From IMG/VR virus record IMGVR_UViG_3300020187_003193: a stretch of DNA of 64,000 nt, one strand, 5' to 3'. The translations under genes were made by a program, and so were the position numbers. The notes below the pieces were generated by a model. The model had not been told where the DNA came from, ran no database searches, and saw nothing but the letters and a program-made list of their open reading frames with translations. How positions within the stretch are numbered: position 1 is the stretch's first letter; the number at the start of each line of letters is the position of its first letter. Below are positions 47,901-56,003 of the stretch, in pieces. The DNA comes from a virus.

Positions 47901-48124
47901 TTATCGACGAAGGTTCAGGAACTGGTCACGCTTATATATTCGACCCAGTATCTGACAGATTTGGATTTAACGCAGCTGTTGCCCACAACGCTGGAACTGC
48001 TACTCCATCAGCATTTGCTGCTGCAGTAATAGACGAAGCCGCAGGACACAGTGATTCAGCTGAATACCAAAAAGCTGGTAACATTAGAGTTGCTGCAAAC
48101 GGTGATATTTTTATCTACTCGTAA
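41954..48124 (+). CDS. Very long alpha-helical (coiled-coil) fibre protein
   Basis: 2056 aa, Ala/Thr/Ser-rich heptads, seven repeated knot motifs, globular beta-rich C-terminus. Confidence 0.85.
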   Translation: MAEWKKVVVSGSDVSQLTNDANYLVDGQEGAVLSGSFTGSFSGDGSGLTGIASTLSLAGDAGTDSINLKTETLTIDGTKGISTSIDAASNTITVSGNALSASVSTETNANKVAAATNASNITALSGSASADRTAIKGAATTLAGRVTTAEGEIDTLQSDATALTTRVTTAEGDISDIETAATTLAGRVTTAEGDISDIETAATTLAGRVSDNETAIATNATDIATEKGRVDAILDASSADKDSFAEIVTLINSVDTANDDALAGYVLSNNTRSTTIESASAALSGRVTSNEDAIAALDDTYATEAEVASAVLALSGSAAAKQAANTAAIVANDGEIATLQSDATALTARVGANEDAIAALDDTYATDAEIASAVSALSGSASADRTIIKNSVSSEATTRAAADTTLQGNIDSEASTRAAADTTLQSNIDSEAATRLANDNTLQSNINALSSSASTDRNVIKSELDGKITTEKGRIDAILSAADADYDTFAEIVGLINSVDTENDTAFGTYVTNNNARVAAVEGEVDALQLDSASFSVRVKANEDAISDLDNVYATDAQVTSAVSALSSSAAAKQAINAASITSLSGSASTDRNVIKSALQANIDAEETARIAADGVLQGNIDSEASTRSAADATLQSNITALSGSAHDKRELIKTDVATNVSAISGLDTRLTTAEGDITDIETAASTLAGRVTTNEGNIATNASGIAANVSSISALSSSASTDRNAIKSELEGDISSLSGSVSTDIQAEKGRIDAILLASDADKDSFAEIVTLINSVDTENDSAFAGYVSTNDARSTTIESASAALATRVTSNEDAIADLDNVYATDAQVTSAVNTISGSASADRTVIKTAATALTSRVSTNESDITAIENAATALNSRVGANEDAIAALDDTYATDAQVTSAVSALSGSASTDRNAIKSELASDISDEATARSSADTTLQGNIDSEATTRAAADTTLQGNIDSEATARASADSTLQSNINSLSGSASADRTAIKASVATEKGRIDAILSAADADKDSFAEIVTLINSVDTENDTAFAGYVSTNDARVLAVEGDITDIETAATALTSRVGANEDAIAALDDTYATEAEVATAVSDHSGSASTARELIKTDLNSLSGSASTDRNAIKSELLSDISDEETRALAAEGVLQDNIDAEETARTTADSTLQSNITALSGSAHVKREAIKADVATNASNIATNTADIATEKGRIDAILDASEADKDSFAEIVTLINSVDTENDTAFGTYVTNNNSRSTTIESASAALAGRVTTAEGEIDTLQSDASTLSGRVDTAESDINTIESASAALSGRVTANESALASLDDTYATETEVSDAVSALSSSAAAKQAINAAAITSLSGSASTDRNAIKSELDGKITTEKGRIDAILSAADADKDSFAEIVTLINSVDTENDTAFAGYVSTNDARVLAVEGEVDALQLDSASFSTRVLANEEAIADLDNVYATDAQVTSAVNALSGSASADRTVIKASIVSETSVRSSADTTLQSNIDSEATTRAAADTTLQGNIDAEETARIAADGTLQSNITALSGSAHVKREAIKADVATNTSAIATEKGRIDAILDASDADKDSFAEIVTLINSVDTENDTAFGSYVTSNNAKVTKLEATASEHAALLADGVVDITSAQTITGDKTFTGEVVIGGNAFPTDSGLYGQTFTTDGNGQLTWTETPGSGSTKKLNQTEAAVTWSFLHDLDEVYPMVQVYDSNGDMVIPERIESIDQNNVKIYFSEPTTGVAAAMVGQMGISASNATRATSASVADRATTLSADATASFALLAGSARNADSASVAAIATELSADATASYALLASTVHDGNISTAKIADDAVTADKLADTDVTAGSYGSSTAIPTFTVDAQGRLTAAGEASISTDLNIAGDSGTDTVGSSDTLTFSGTANEIVTAVTDNTVTVSLPDDVTIGNDLTVTTDASIGGNLTVTGNFSVLGDTTTVNTSNLLVEDKFILLNSGSADPDTGGIIIDEGSGTGHAYIFDPVSDRFGFNAAVAHNAGTATPSAFAAAVIDEAAGHSDSAEYQKAGNIRVAANGDIFIYS
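42623..46760 (+). repeat. Seven dispersed copies of EKGRIDAIL..xDADKDSFAEIVTLINSVDTEND.AF
   Basis: Copies start near 42623, 43358, 44195, 44948, 45557, 46067 and 46643. Confidence 0.9.
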
Positions 48125-48141
48125 CAACTAAATAACAATTT

Positions 48142-48174
48142 AAGAGCCCCTTTGCTAACGCAGAGGGGTTTCTT
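48142..48174 (+). terminator. Intrinsic terminator
   Basis: AAGAGCCCCTTTGC-TAAC-GCAGAGGGGTTTCTT. Confidence 0.8.
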
Positions 48175-48182
48175 ATATTTAT
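48175..48182 (+). promoter_or_regulatory. ATATTTAT putative late promoter
   Basis: Motif upstream of ATG 48203. Confidence 0.6.
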
Positions 48183-48202
48183 GATAAACATACTATAACG
48201 TT

Positions 48203-48412
48203 ATGGGATTATTAGACAAAATTACAAGAAAAGAACAAGCAGCTCCTTCAACACCTAAGATATCTAAAGAAGACTTATCTTTAAATGCTGAAGAAACAAA
48301 AATTTTATTACACTTAATTAAAAATAGTAATTTTAAAGGAGATAGTGTAGAATTAGTATACGAACTCACTAAAAAACTCCAGTCAGTACTTACGGTTCTG
48401 TCTCAAAATTAA
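48203..48412 (+). CDS. Small helical protein (fibre assembly helper candidate)
   Basis: 69 aa between fibre genes, with its own promoter. Confidence 0.65.
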   Translation: MGLLDKITRKEQAAPSTPKISKEDLSLNAEETKILLHLIKNSNFKGDSVELVYELTKKLQSVLTVLSQN

Positions 48413-48419
48413 TATTTAT
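48412..48419 (+). promoter_or_regulatory. ATATTTAT putative late promoter
   Basis: Motif 70 nt upstream of ATG 48489. Confidence 0.65.
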
Positions 48420-48426
48420 ACTGGAG

Positions 48427-48479
48427 TATTATCGGCCCCTAGGGGAAGTGGACATCCTATGATGTAACCAACCATAATA
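48427..48479 (+). promoter_or_regulatory. Candidate three-way-junction RNA in the fibre gene 5' leader
   Basis: P1 TATTAT(C)GG/CCATAATA, P2 CCC-CTAG-GGG, P3 TGG-ACATC-CTAT-GATGT(AA)CCA. Confidence 0.55.
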
Positions 48480-48488
48480 AAATAGTAT

Positions 48489-51400
48489 ATGCCAAATTGG
48501 AAAAAATTAATCGTCAGTGGTTCTGACGCAAACCTATCTTCATTACACGTAGCAGGAGCATTAACCGCCTCATCTGCTTACTTAGAATCTGCCTCAATTG
48601 GTCATTTACAGACCATATACGAGACAGCTTCCGTCATTTATAGCTCAGGTTCAACCAAATTTGGAGATACACCAGATGATACTCATGAAGTAACTGGTTC
48701 TTTACTAGTTAAAGGAAACACAAATGTAGAAGGTCACATTATACCTTCCAATGACAATACCTACGATTTAGGTTCACCTACTAAACAATTTAGAGATTTA
48801 TTTTTATCCTCTGCCTCTTTATATATTGATGGAACAAAAGTTCTATCTTCTAATGCAGATACACTTACTTTTACAACAGATGTAGGACAGAGTATAAAAT
48901 TACTAGAGACAGGAGGAGACGATATAACTCTTCAAACTGATACGGGTAATATAGAATTAAAAGGAACTGTAGAAATACAATCCGGTAAAAAAATCACAGA
49001 TAGTTCAGGTAATATAGTATTATTTGGAAATTCTATAGGAATAACAGGTAGTATAGAAACTACGGGAACAATAGATGGTATAGACCTGCAAGCATATTCA
49101 GGATCAATTAATACTAGAATCATATCATTAGAATCGGGTTCAGCAGATGGTACATCAGGAAGCTCAGGATCTTCAGGATCATCGGGTTCATCAGGAACAT
49201 CAGGTTCATCTGGATCTTCAGGTAGCTCAGGTTCTTCAGGTACAAATGGTACAGACGGAACTTCAGGATCATCTGGCTCATCAGGAACATCAGGCTCATC
49301 AGGACCTTCAGGTTCATCTGGTACATCTGGTAGCTCGGGTACTTCAGGTTCAAGTGGTTCAAGTGGTACATCCGGTAGCTCTGGTACTTCAGGTACAAGT
49401 GGTTCATCAGGAACATCAGGAAATTCAGGCTCAAGCGGTTCTTCAGGTTCATCAGGATCTTCAGGTTCATCTGGTACAGATGGTACATCAGGTTCAAGCG
49501 GATCTTCAGGTTCATCAGGAAGTTCAGGCTCAAGTGGCTCTTCAGGTTCATCTGGTACATCCGGAAGCTCGGGCTCATCAGGTACAAATGGTACAGATGG
49601 AACTTCAGGCTCATCAGGTTCATCAGGTACTTCTGGAGAACAGGGAATACAGGGAGAAACAGGCCCTGCTGGTGACAATGGTACATCAGGAAGTTCAGGA
49701 TCTTCAGGATCAGATGGAACTTCAGGTTCATCAGGTACTTCAGGTGTAGATGGAGCAGACGGAACATCCGGTAGCTCAGGTTCATCTGGAATAGATGGAA
49801 CAAGTGGTGTTGATGGAACTTCAGGTTCTTCAGGTACATCAGGAGAAGCAGGCTCAAGTGGCTCATCAGGTTCATCAGGTTCTTCAGGAACATCTGGCGA
49901 AACCGGCCCAACAGGCCCAGCAGGTAATGACGGAACATCAGGAAGCTCAGGTTCTTCAGGTGCAATTGGCCCCGTAGGTCCCTTAGGACCAACAGGACCA
50001 ACAGGAGCACAAGGTCCAACAGGACCACAAGGAGTAGCAGGTACAGGTATCACAATGCAAGGTAGCGTTGCGACAACAGGAGATTTACCTAGCTCAAACA
50101 ATACACAAGGTGATGCTTATATAGTCCAAACAGACGATTCACTTCATATATGGGATGGAACAGTATGGGTAAGTGGAGGTTCAATTCAAGGACCAACTGG
50201 TCCAACAGGAGCTACAGGACCAACTGGACCAACTGGACCACAAGGTTTAACAGGATCTGATGGAGCAACTGGCCCAACAGGACCAACTGGAGCATCAGGT
50301 ACATCAGGAAGTTCAGGTTCATCCGGAGCAACCGGAGCTACAGGAGCTACTGGCCCACAAGGTGCTACAGGACCTGCAGGTACTTCTGGTTCTTCAGGAA
50401 CATCAGGAGCTACAGGAGCTACTGGCCCACAGGGTGCTACAGGACCACAAGGTGCAACTGGACCAACAGGCGCAACAGGAGCAACAGGCGCTTCAGGTAC
50501 ATCAGGAAGTTCAGGAACATCAGGAGCAACAGGCGCAACAGGTGCAACTGGAGCATCAGGTACATCAGGCTCTTCAGGCACATCGGGTTCATCAGGAACA
50601 TCAGGAAGTTCAGGAACATCAGGCGCAACAGGAGCCACAGGTGCTACTGGTCCACAAGGTGCAACAGGTCCCGCAGGAACATCAGGTTCAAGTGGTACAT
50701 CTGGAGCAACAGGAGCCACAGGTGCAACTGGAGCTACTGGAGCATCAGGTACATCGGGCTCATCTGGAACTTCAGGTTCATCTGGAACATCAGGTGTAAA
50801 TGGAGGAACTGGACCAACAGGACCTACTGGAGCAGCAGGAACATCAGGTTCATCAGGAACATCAGGTGCTACAGGACCTACAGGACCAACAGGCGCAAAA
50901 GGTAATACTGGAAATACTGGACCTACGGGCCCAACAGGAGCAACAGGTGCTTCAGGAACATCAGGTTCTTCTGGTACATCAGGTACAGTTCCCTTTGCTA
51001 CTGCAGCGGTAACAAGTACAACTACTACAGCTTTTATTTCTGAGTTGTATAGTGATGGATACTTAGCTACAAACTCACTTAGAGCAGGAAAAACATCTTG
51101 GTCATATGCAGGAAATGGTGATTTATCAGATACAGGATATGGTACCTTCGAATTAGCAGGCTGTTCTATATTAGGATGGGATGCTGGAGGGCTTGAAACT
51201 GTAATGGTTATTAGACCCACTACTGGGGGTGGAGGAGGACAAATCCTAGTTTATAATAACCAGTCCACATCATATTCACCAGGCTGGAGACAAATCCTAA
51301 CATCAACTACAGACGGATATCTACCTAGGTTGTATGATACAAACAACACAAACTATTATTTAGATCCTGCAAGTACATCTGTTTTTAATACAATATCTGC

Positions 51401-52337
51401 TGGGGGTAATATTACTGCTACTGAATTTTATGCCAATAACTGGTTTAGAAATAATAATACCAATGAAGGCATGTACAACCAAGCAACGGGGCAACATTGG
51501 TATTCTGATGATGATGATTGGTGGAACATAGGAGGAGGAACTACTGCTAATGGTATTAGGTTTAGAGATGAGCATGGTGGTACTATAAGGGGAGCAGTTT
51601 ATGCTGATAATACAAATAGTGTTGGTTTATTAGATTCTGATCTAAACTGGGCTATAAAACATGTTCGGGATTCAAGAACTGAATTTTACATAAACAATGT
51701 TGAAGTAGCAGAAATAAACGCAGACTATTTACAACATAATAGCGATGTTAGGTCTCCTTTATTTTATATATCAGATAGTACAGCTAATAGATTTACGGCA
51801 GGGGCACTTTATTTAAGCTCCACCTCTCCTACTATGTACTTTAGAGACACCAATGGAAATTCTGCAATGCTCCATAATAACTCTAATTTATTTTATATAT
51901 TAAGGGGTAATACTAATTCTGAAACATGGACGCAAGTTAATGGACAGTGGCCTGTTTATTGGGATTTATCAAATAATAATGCTACTTTTGGAGGGAATTT
52001 AACTTTAGCAGGTACTATAACTGAAAATTCAGATATAAAGTTAAAAGAAAATATAGAAACTATAGATGGTGCACTGGATAAAGTAAACCAACTTAGAGGA
52101 GTATATTATAATAAAATAGTAGACGAAGATAAAAAAAGAAGAATAGGTGTAATAGCACAAGAAATTCAAGAAGTTCTTCCTGAAGTTGTGGATCTACATC
52201 AAGATGCAGAAGATACTGAAGGTACGCTAACTGTATCATATAGTAATATTACAGCTTTGCTTATTGAAGGTATGAAAGAGTTATCAAAACAAAACAAAGA
52301 TTTGCTCGCTAGAATAGAAAAATTAGAAAAACAATAA
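48489..52337 (+). CDS. Tail fibre with collagen-like blocks, receptor-binding-like region and S74 chaperone
   Basis: [14 protein letters not shown]-terminus shared with ORF 41954; two G-X-Y blocks; C-terminal SDIKLKENI...LRGVYY. Confidence 0.85.
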   Translation: MPNWKKLIVSGSDANLSSLHVAGALTASSAYLESASIGHLQTIYETASVIYSSGSTKFGDTPDDTHEVTGSLLVKGNTNVEGHIIPSNDNTYDLGSPTKQFRDLFLSSASLYIDGTKVLSSNADTLTFTTDVGQSIKLLETGGDDITLQTDTGNIELKGTVEIQSGKKITDSSGNIVLFGNSIGITGSIETTGTIDGIDLQAYSGSINTRIISLESGSADGTSGSSGSSGSSGSSGTSGSSGSSGSSGSSGTNGTDGTSGSSGSSGTSGSSGPSGSSGTSGSSGTSGSSGSSGTSGSSGTSGTSGSSGTSGNSGSSGSSGSSGSSGSSGTDGTSGSSGSSGSSGSSGSSGSSGSSGTSGSSGSSGTNGTDGTSGSSGSSGTSGEQGIQGETGPAGDNGTSGSSGSSGSDGTSGSSGTSGVDGADGTSGSSGSSGIDGTSGVDGTSGSSGTSGEAGSSGSSGSSGSSGTSGETGPTGPAGNDGTSGSSGSSGAIGPVGPLGPTGPTGAQGPTGPQGVAGTGITMQGSVATTGDLPSSNNTQGDAYIVQTDDSLHIWDGTVWVSGGSIQGPTGPTGATGPTGPTGPQGLTGSDGATGPTGPTGASGTSGSSGSSGATGATGATGPQGATGPAGTSGSSGTSGATGATGPQGATGPQGATGPTGATGATGASGTSGSSGTSGATGATGATGASGTSGSSGTSGSSGTSGSSGTSGATGATGATGPQGATGPAGTSGSSGTSGATGATGATGATGASGTSGSSGTSGSSGTSGVNGGTGPTGPTGAAGTSGSSGTSGATGPTGPTGAKGNTGNTGPTGPTGATGASGTSGSSGTSGTVPFATAAVTSTTTTAFISELYSDGYLATNSLRAGKTSWSYAGNGDLSDTGYGTFELAGCSILGWDAGGLETVMVIRPTTGGGGGQILVYNNQSTSYSPGWRQILTSTTDGYLPRLYDTNNTNYYLDPASTSVFNTISAGGNITATEFYANNWFRNNNTNEGMYNQATGQHWYSDDDDWWNIGGGTTANGIRFRDEHGGTIRGAVYADNTNSVGLLDSDLNWAIKHVRDSRTEFYINNVEVAEINADYLQHNSDVRSPLFYISDSTANRFTAGALYLSSTSPTMYFRDTNGNSAMLHNNSNLFYILRGNTNSETWTQVNGQWPVYWDLSNNNATFGGNLTLAGTITENSDIKLKENIETIDGALDKVNQLRGVYYNKIVDEDKKRRIGVIAQEIQEVLPEVVDLHQDAEDTEGTLTVSYSNITALLIEGMKELSKQNKDLLARIEKLEKQ
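49149..50042 (+). repeat. (Gly-X-Y)n Ser/Thr block, about 99 triplets
   Basis: Read from the translation. Confidence 0.9.
50190..50984 (+). repeat. (Gly-X-Y)n GAT/GPT/GTS block, about 88 triplets
   Basis: Read from the translation. Confidence 0.9.
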
Positions 52338-52340
52338 ATT

Positions 52341-52667
52341 ATGAATATTACTTATACCTGGTCAATTACAGGACTAAAAAGATCCCCATCATTAAACGGA
52401 TTAACTAATGTTGTTACTGGGATCAAATTTAACTACACAGGAGTAGATTCAGAATCTGGAGAAAGTTATACCTTTCCAGGAGCAGTTCCAGTAGGAGAAC
52501 CTTCCCCTGATAACTTTACATCCTTTGAGAGTTTAACTGAAGCTGATATTATTAGTTGGGCACAAGCAAATCATCCTACAGACCATATGAATAAAAGGGT
52601 TGAGGAAGCTATTGCTAGGAAAATTTCTCCTATTGAAGAAGATATTCCTCTCCCATGGTCAAGTTAG
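52341..52667 (+). CDS. Fibre-associated small protein (chaperone-like)
   Basis: ITYTWSI...VV...Y.G.D...F.SLTE..II.W...LPW pattern, downstream of a fibre gene. Confidence 0.65.
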   Translation: MNITYTWSITGLKRSPSLNGLTNVVTGIKFNYTGVDSESGESYTFPGAVPVGEPSPDNFTSFESLTEADIISWAQANHPTDHMNKRVEEAIARKISPIEEDIPLPWSS

Positions 52668-52713
52668 TTATAAAAACTTAAACAAAACTAATAAAGTTTA
52701 TTCAAAATAATTA

Positions 52714-52721
52714 ATATTTAT
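52714..52721 (+). promoter_or_regulatory. ATATTTAT putative late promoter
   Basis: Motif upstream of ATG 52763. Confidence 0.6.
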
Positions 52722-52762
52722 CATAGAATAAAGCTCATTAACCCAACTCAAAACAACAAACA

Positions 52763-55591
52763 ATGCAAATACACGGCGCAGAAATAATTGGAGAATTATC
52801 CCTAGATCCCAATGCAATAGCAGATCTAACAGGTTCATTTTCAGGTTCTCATTCGGGATCATTCACAGGTTCTTTCCTAGGTGACGGATCAAATTTAACA
52901 GGTGTTACCGCTGAATGGGATGGTTCTCATACAGGGAATGGTTCAATTTCAGGAGACCTTACTGTAGGTAATTTAATTACTGATGGTAATGTAGATGGTG
53001 TAGATGTTTCTGCATTAGATACCAGAGTAACAGATGTAGAAGGTGATGTAGCAGCAATTTTACTATCCGCAGATGCTGATAAAGATTCATTTGCTGAAAT
53101 CGTAACCTTAATCAACTCTGTTGATACAACTAACGACAGTGCATTTGCGTCTCACGCAACTGATACAGACAACCCACACTCTGTTACAAAATCACAAGTT
53201 GGGTTAGGAAATGCTGATAACACATCTGATGCCAATAAACCAATATCTACTGCACAACAAGCAGCATTAGACTTAAAAGCTGATATCGCTACTCTAGATA
53301 GCACATACGCAACCGATGCTCAAGTAACAAATGCAGTTTCTGCTTTAAGTGGATCTGCTTCTGCTGATAGAACATCAATTAAAGCCACACTTTCAGCTTT
53401 AGATAGTACATATGCTACAGATGCTCAAGTAACAAGCGCAGTTTCTGCTTTAAGTAGTTCAGCAGCAGCTAAATCAGCTATAAATGCTGCAAACATTGCT
53501 ACTAACACTTCAGCAATTGCAGCTTTAGATAGTACATATGCTACAGATGCTCAAGTTACAAGTGCTGTAAACGTACTTAGTGGTTCAGCTGCTGCAAAAC
53601 AAGCAATTAACGCGGCTGCAATCGCAAGCATAAATGCAAAAGATCCTGTATTAACAGTATCTGGAGACGCAAGTGGTACAGCTACTTTTACCAATTTAGG
53701 TAATGCTACATTAAGTTTAACTATTGCAGATGATTCTCACAACCACGTTATTTCTAACGTAGATGGATTACAAGCAGCCCTTGATTCAAAATCTAGTGGT
53801 GCTGATTTAACAACATTAACCGGAAGAGTAAGTACTGCCGAAGGTGAAATCGATGCTTTACAATTAGATTCAGCTTCATTCTCAACAAGAGTATTAGCAA
53901 ACGAAAGTAAATTATCAGGAATTGAAGCAGGCGCCACAGGTGATCAAACAGCAGCAGAAATTTTAACTGCTATTAAAACAGTTGATGGAGCAGGAAGTGG
54001 ATTAGATGCTGATTTATTAGACGGACAGTCATCAGCATACTATGCTACTGCAACATCAGTATCTACAAACACATCAGCAATTGCTACTATTAACGCTAAA
54101 GATCCTGTATTAACAGTATCTGGAGATGCAAGTGGAACAGCAACATTCACAAACTTAGGTAACGCTTCAATGACGTTAACCATCGCTGATGATTCACACA
54201 ACCATACTATTGCTAACGTTGATGGTTTACAAACAGCTCTTAATGCAAAAGCTCCATTAGCTTCACCAGCATTAACTGGCAACCCAACTGCCCCTACACA
54301 AACTGGGACAGATGAATCTACTAAGATTGCTACTACAGCCTTTGTACAAGGTAGAATTGATGCTATTATAGGAACTGCAGGTTCAACTTTAGATACATTA
54401 GGAGAATTATCCGCTTCAATGGCAGCTGACGAATCAGGATTAGCGGCATTAACAACAGAAGTAGGAACAAAATTAGCAAAAGCTTCTAACCTATCAGATT
54501 TAACAAACGCTGGAGCTGCAAGAACAAATATTGGATTAGGATCAGGTAATAACGTAGCCTTTACAGGAGTTACTACCGATACTCTTAGTGCAAATGGTTT
54601 ATTAGAACAAGCCTCAGAATCTACCACATTAGTAATTAGCCCAACAGGGGTTGTAGGATTTAGAGAAAATGCTGCTTCTTCTGGAACATCAGGTTCTTCA
54701 GGAACTTCAGGTACTTCAGGTTCATCGGGAACCTCAGGAACATCAGGTTCATCAGGAACTTCAGGAGCAACAGGAGCAACTGGACCTACAGGACCAACAG
54801 GTGCAACAGGAGCCTCAGGTTCATCGGGAACATCAGGAACTTCAGGTAGTTCAGGAACTTCAGGTTCATCCGGAACTTCAGGAGCAACAGGAGCAACTGG
54901 GCCTACAGGACCAACGGGTGCAACAGGAGCTAAAGGTAACACAGGTAACACAGGAGCCGCAGGAACATCAGGTAGTTCGGGAACATCAGGTAGTTCAGGA
55001 ACCTCCGGTGTAAAAGGAAATACAGGAGCAACAGGACCAACAGGAGCATCAGGCTCATCCGGAACTTCAGGTTCATCCGGAACCTCAGGTGTAAACGGTG
55101 GAACAGGTCCAACAGGACCAACTGGACCAACAGGACCTGCAGGACCAAGTACGGTAACTACTATTTCATTAGCAGACCGGATTCAACATACAGGCGATAC
55201 TGATACTTATATTCAATTCCATGCAGCAAACCAATGGAGAGTTGTAACAGGTGGTGCTGAAAGATTAGAAGTAAATAACAGTGCAGTAACAGTAACAGGT
55301 ACATTTACAGAAAACTCCGATAGAAGATTAAAAGAAAACATAGTTCAAATTGGAGGTGCTCTTAGTTTAACAGAACAATTAAGAGGTGTATACTATAACA
55401 GAAGCGATAGAGATGACAAATCTAAAATGGTTGGATTTATAGCTCAAGAAGTACAAGAAGTAATACCTGAAGTTGTAACTACCAACGAAGAAACAGGAAT
55501 TTTATCTGTTTCATATACCCACCTTATAGCAGTTTTAGTAGAATCAATTAAGGAATTATCTGCTAGAGTAAAAGAATTAGAAAGTAAATAA
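52763..55591 (+). CDS. Tail fibre with coiled-coil modules, HxH repeats, collagen-like block and S74 chaperone
   Basis: DDSHNH repeat twice, LDTLGEL knot, SPALTGNPTAPT motif, C-terminal SDRRLKENI. Confidence 0.85.
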   Translation: MQIHGAEIIGELSLDPNAIADLTGSFSGSHSGSFTGSFLGDGSNLTGVTAEWDGSHTGNGSISGDLTVGNLITDGNVDGVDVSALDTRVTDVEGDVAAILLSADADKDSFAEIVTLINSVDTTNDSAFASHATDTDNPHSVTKSQVGLGNADNTSDANKPISTAQQAALDLKADIATLDSTYATDAQVTNAVSALSGSASADRTSIKATLSALDSTYATDAQVTSAVSALSSSAAAKSAINAANIATNTSAIAALDSTYATDAQVTSAVNVLSGSAAAKQAINAAAIASINAKDPVLTVSGDASGTATFTNLGNATLSLTIADDSHNHVISNVDGLQAALDSKSSGADLTTLTGRVSTAEGEIDALQLDSASFSTRVLANESKLSGIEAGATGDQTAAEILTAIKTVDGAGSGLDADLLDGQSSAYYATATSVSTNTSAIATINAKDPVLTVSGDASGTATFTNLGNASMTLTIADDSHNHTIANVDGLQTALNAKAPLASPALTGNPTAPTQTGTDESTKIATTAFVQGRIDAIIGTAGSTLDTLGELSASMAADESGLAALTTEVGTKLAKASNLSDLTNAGAARTNIGLGSGNNVAFTGVTTDTLSANGLLEQASESTTLVISPTGVVGFRENAASSGTSGSSGTSGTSGSSGTSGTSGSSGTSGATGATGPTGPTGATGASGSSGTSGTSGSSGTSGSSGTSGATGATGPTGPTGATGAKGNTGNTGAAGTSGSSGTSGSSGTSGVKGNTGATGPTGASGSSGTSGSSGTSGVNGGTGPTGPTGPTGPAGPSTVTTISLADRIQHTGDTDTYIQFHAANQWRVVTGGAERLEVNNSAVTVTGTFTENSDRRLKENIVQIGGALSLTEQLRGVYYNRSDRDDKSKMVGFIAQEVQEVIPEVVTTNEETGILSVSYTHLIAVLVESIKELSARVKELESK
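54683..55150 (+). repeat. (Gly-X-Y)n Ser/Thr block, about 52 triplets
   Basis: Read from the translation. Confidence 0.9.
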
Positions 55592-55611
55592 TTCTAATTA
55601 ATATAAAAGTA

Positions 55612-55647
55612 AAGGGGATATCATTTGGATATCCCCTTCTTTTTTCT
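55612..55647 (+). terminator. Intrinsic terminator overlapping a sigma70-like promoter
   Basis: AAGGGGATATC...GATATCCCCTT plus T-tract; TTGGAT(55625)-N17-TATCTT(55648-55653). Confidence 0.8.
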
Positions 55648-55666
55648 TATCTTGTAATACTTTCAA

Positions 55667-55674
55667 ATATTTAT
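55667..55674 (+). promoter_or_regulatory. ATATTTAT putative late promoter
   Basis: Motif upstream of ATG 55693. Confidence 0.6.
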
Positions 55675-55692
55675 ATATATAAAAACACAGTT

Positions 55693-55950
55693 ATGGCATT
55701 ACAACAAAACAGAGTAACAGAAGAGGAATTAAACGAAATCGAACAATTCCAAAAAAACATTAACCAATTAACATTTCAACTAGGACAAATCACACTAAGA
55801 AGAATGGATCTAGACCAACAAGAAGAAATTCTAGAATCAAGACACTTAGAACTACTTAAAGATGAAAAACAACTAGGAGATAAGTTAAAAGAGAAATATG
55901 GTACTGCTCAAATAGACCTAAAAACAGGCGAACTTAGTACTATCGAATAG
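55693..55950 (+). CDS. Small coiled-coil protein
   Basis: 85 aa; LKEKYG.AQIDLKTGE C-terminus. Confidence 0.7.
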   Translation: MALQQNRVTEEELNEIEQFQKNINQLTFQLGQITLRRMDLDQQEEILESRHLELLKDEKQLGDKLKEKYGTAQIDLKTGELSTIE

Positions 55951-55970
55951 TATTTTTAAGACTCTTTCAC

Positions 55971-55978
55971 ATATTTAT
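55971..55978 (+). promoter_or_regulatory. ATATTTAT putative late promoter
   Basis: Motif upstream of the sheath gene. Confidence 0.65.
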
Positions 55979-56003
55979 CGTTGATAAAATAATTTAACAA
56001 ACA

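Noticed and set aside
48932-55148. Similar shadow ORFs over fibres 48489 and 52763
   Set aside because: Same repeat artefact.
38349-55591. DGR or invertase shufflon driving fibre variation
   Set aside because: No reverse transcriptase, adenine-specific TR/VR pair, recombinase or inverted crossover sites seen in this window.
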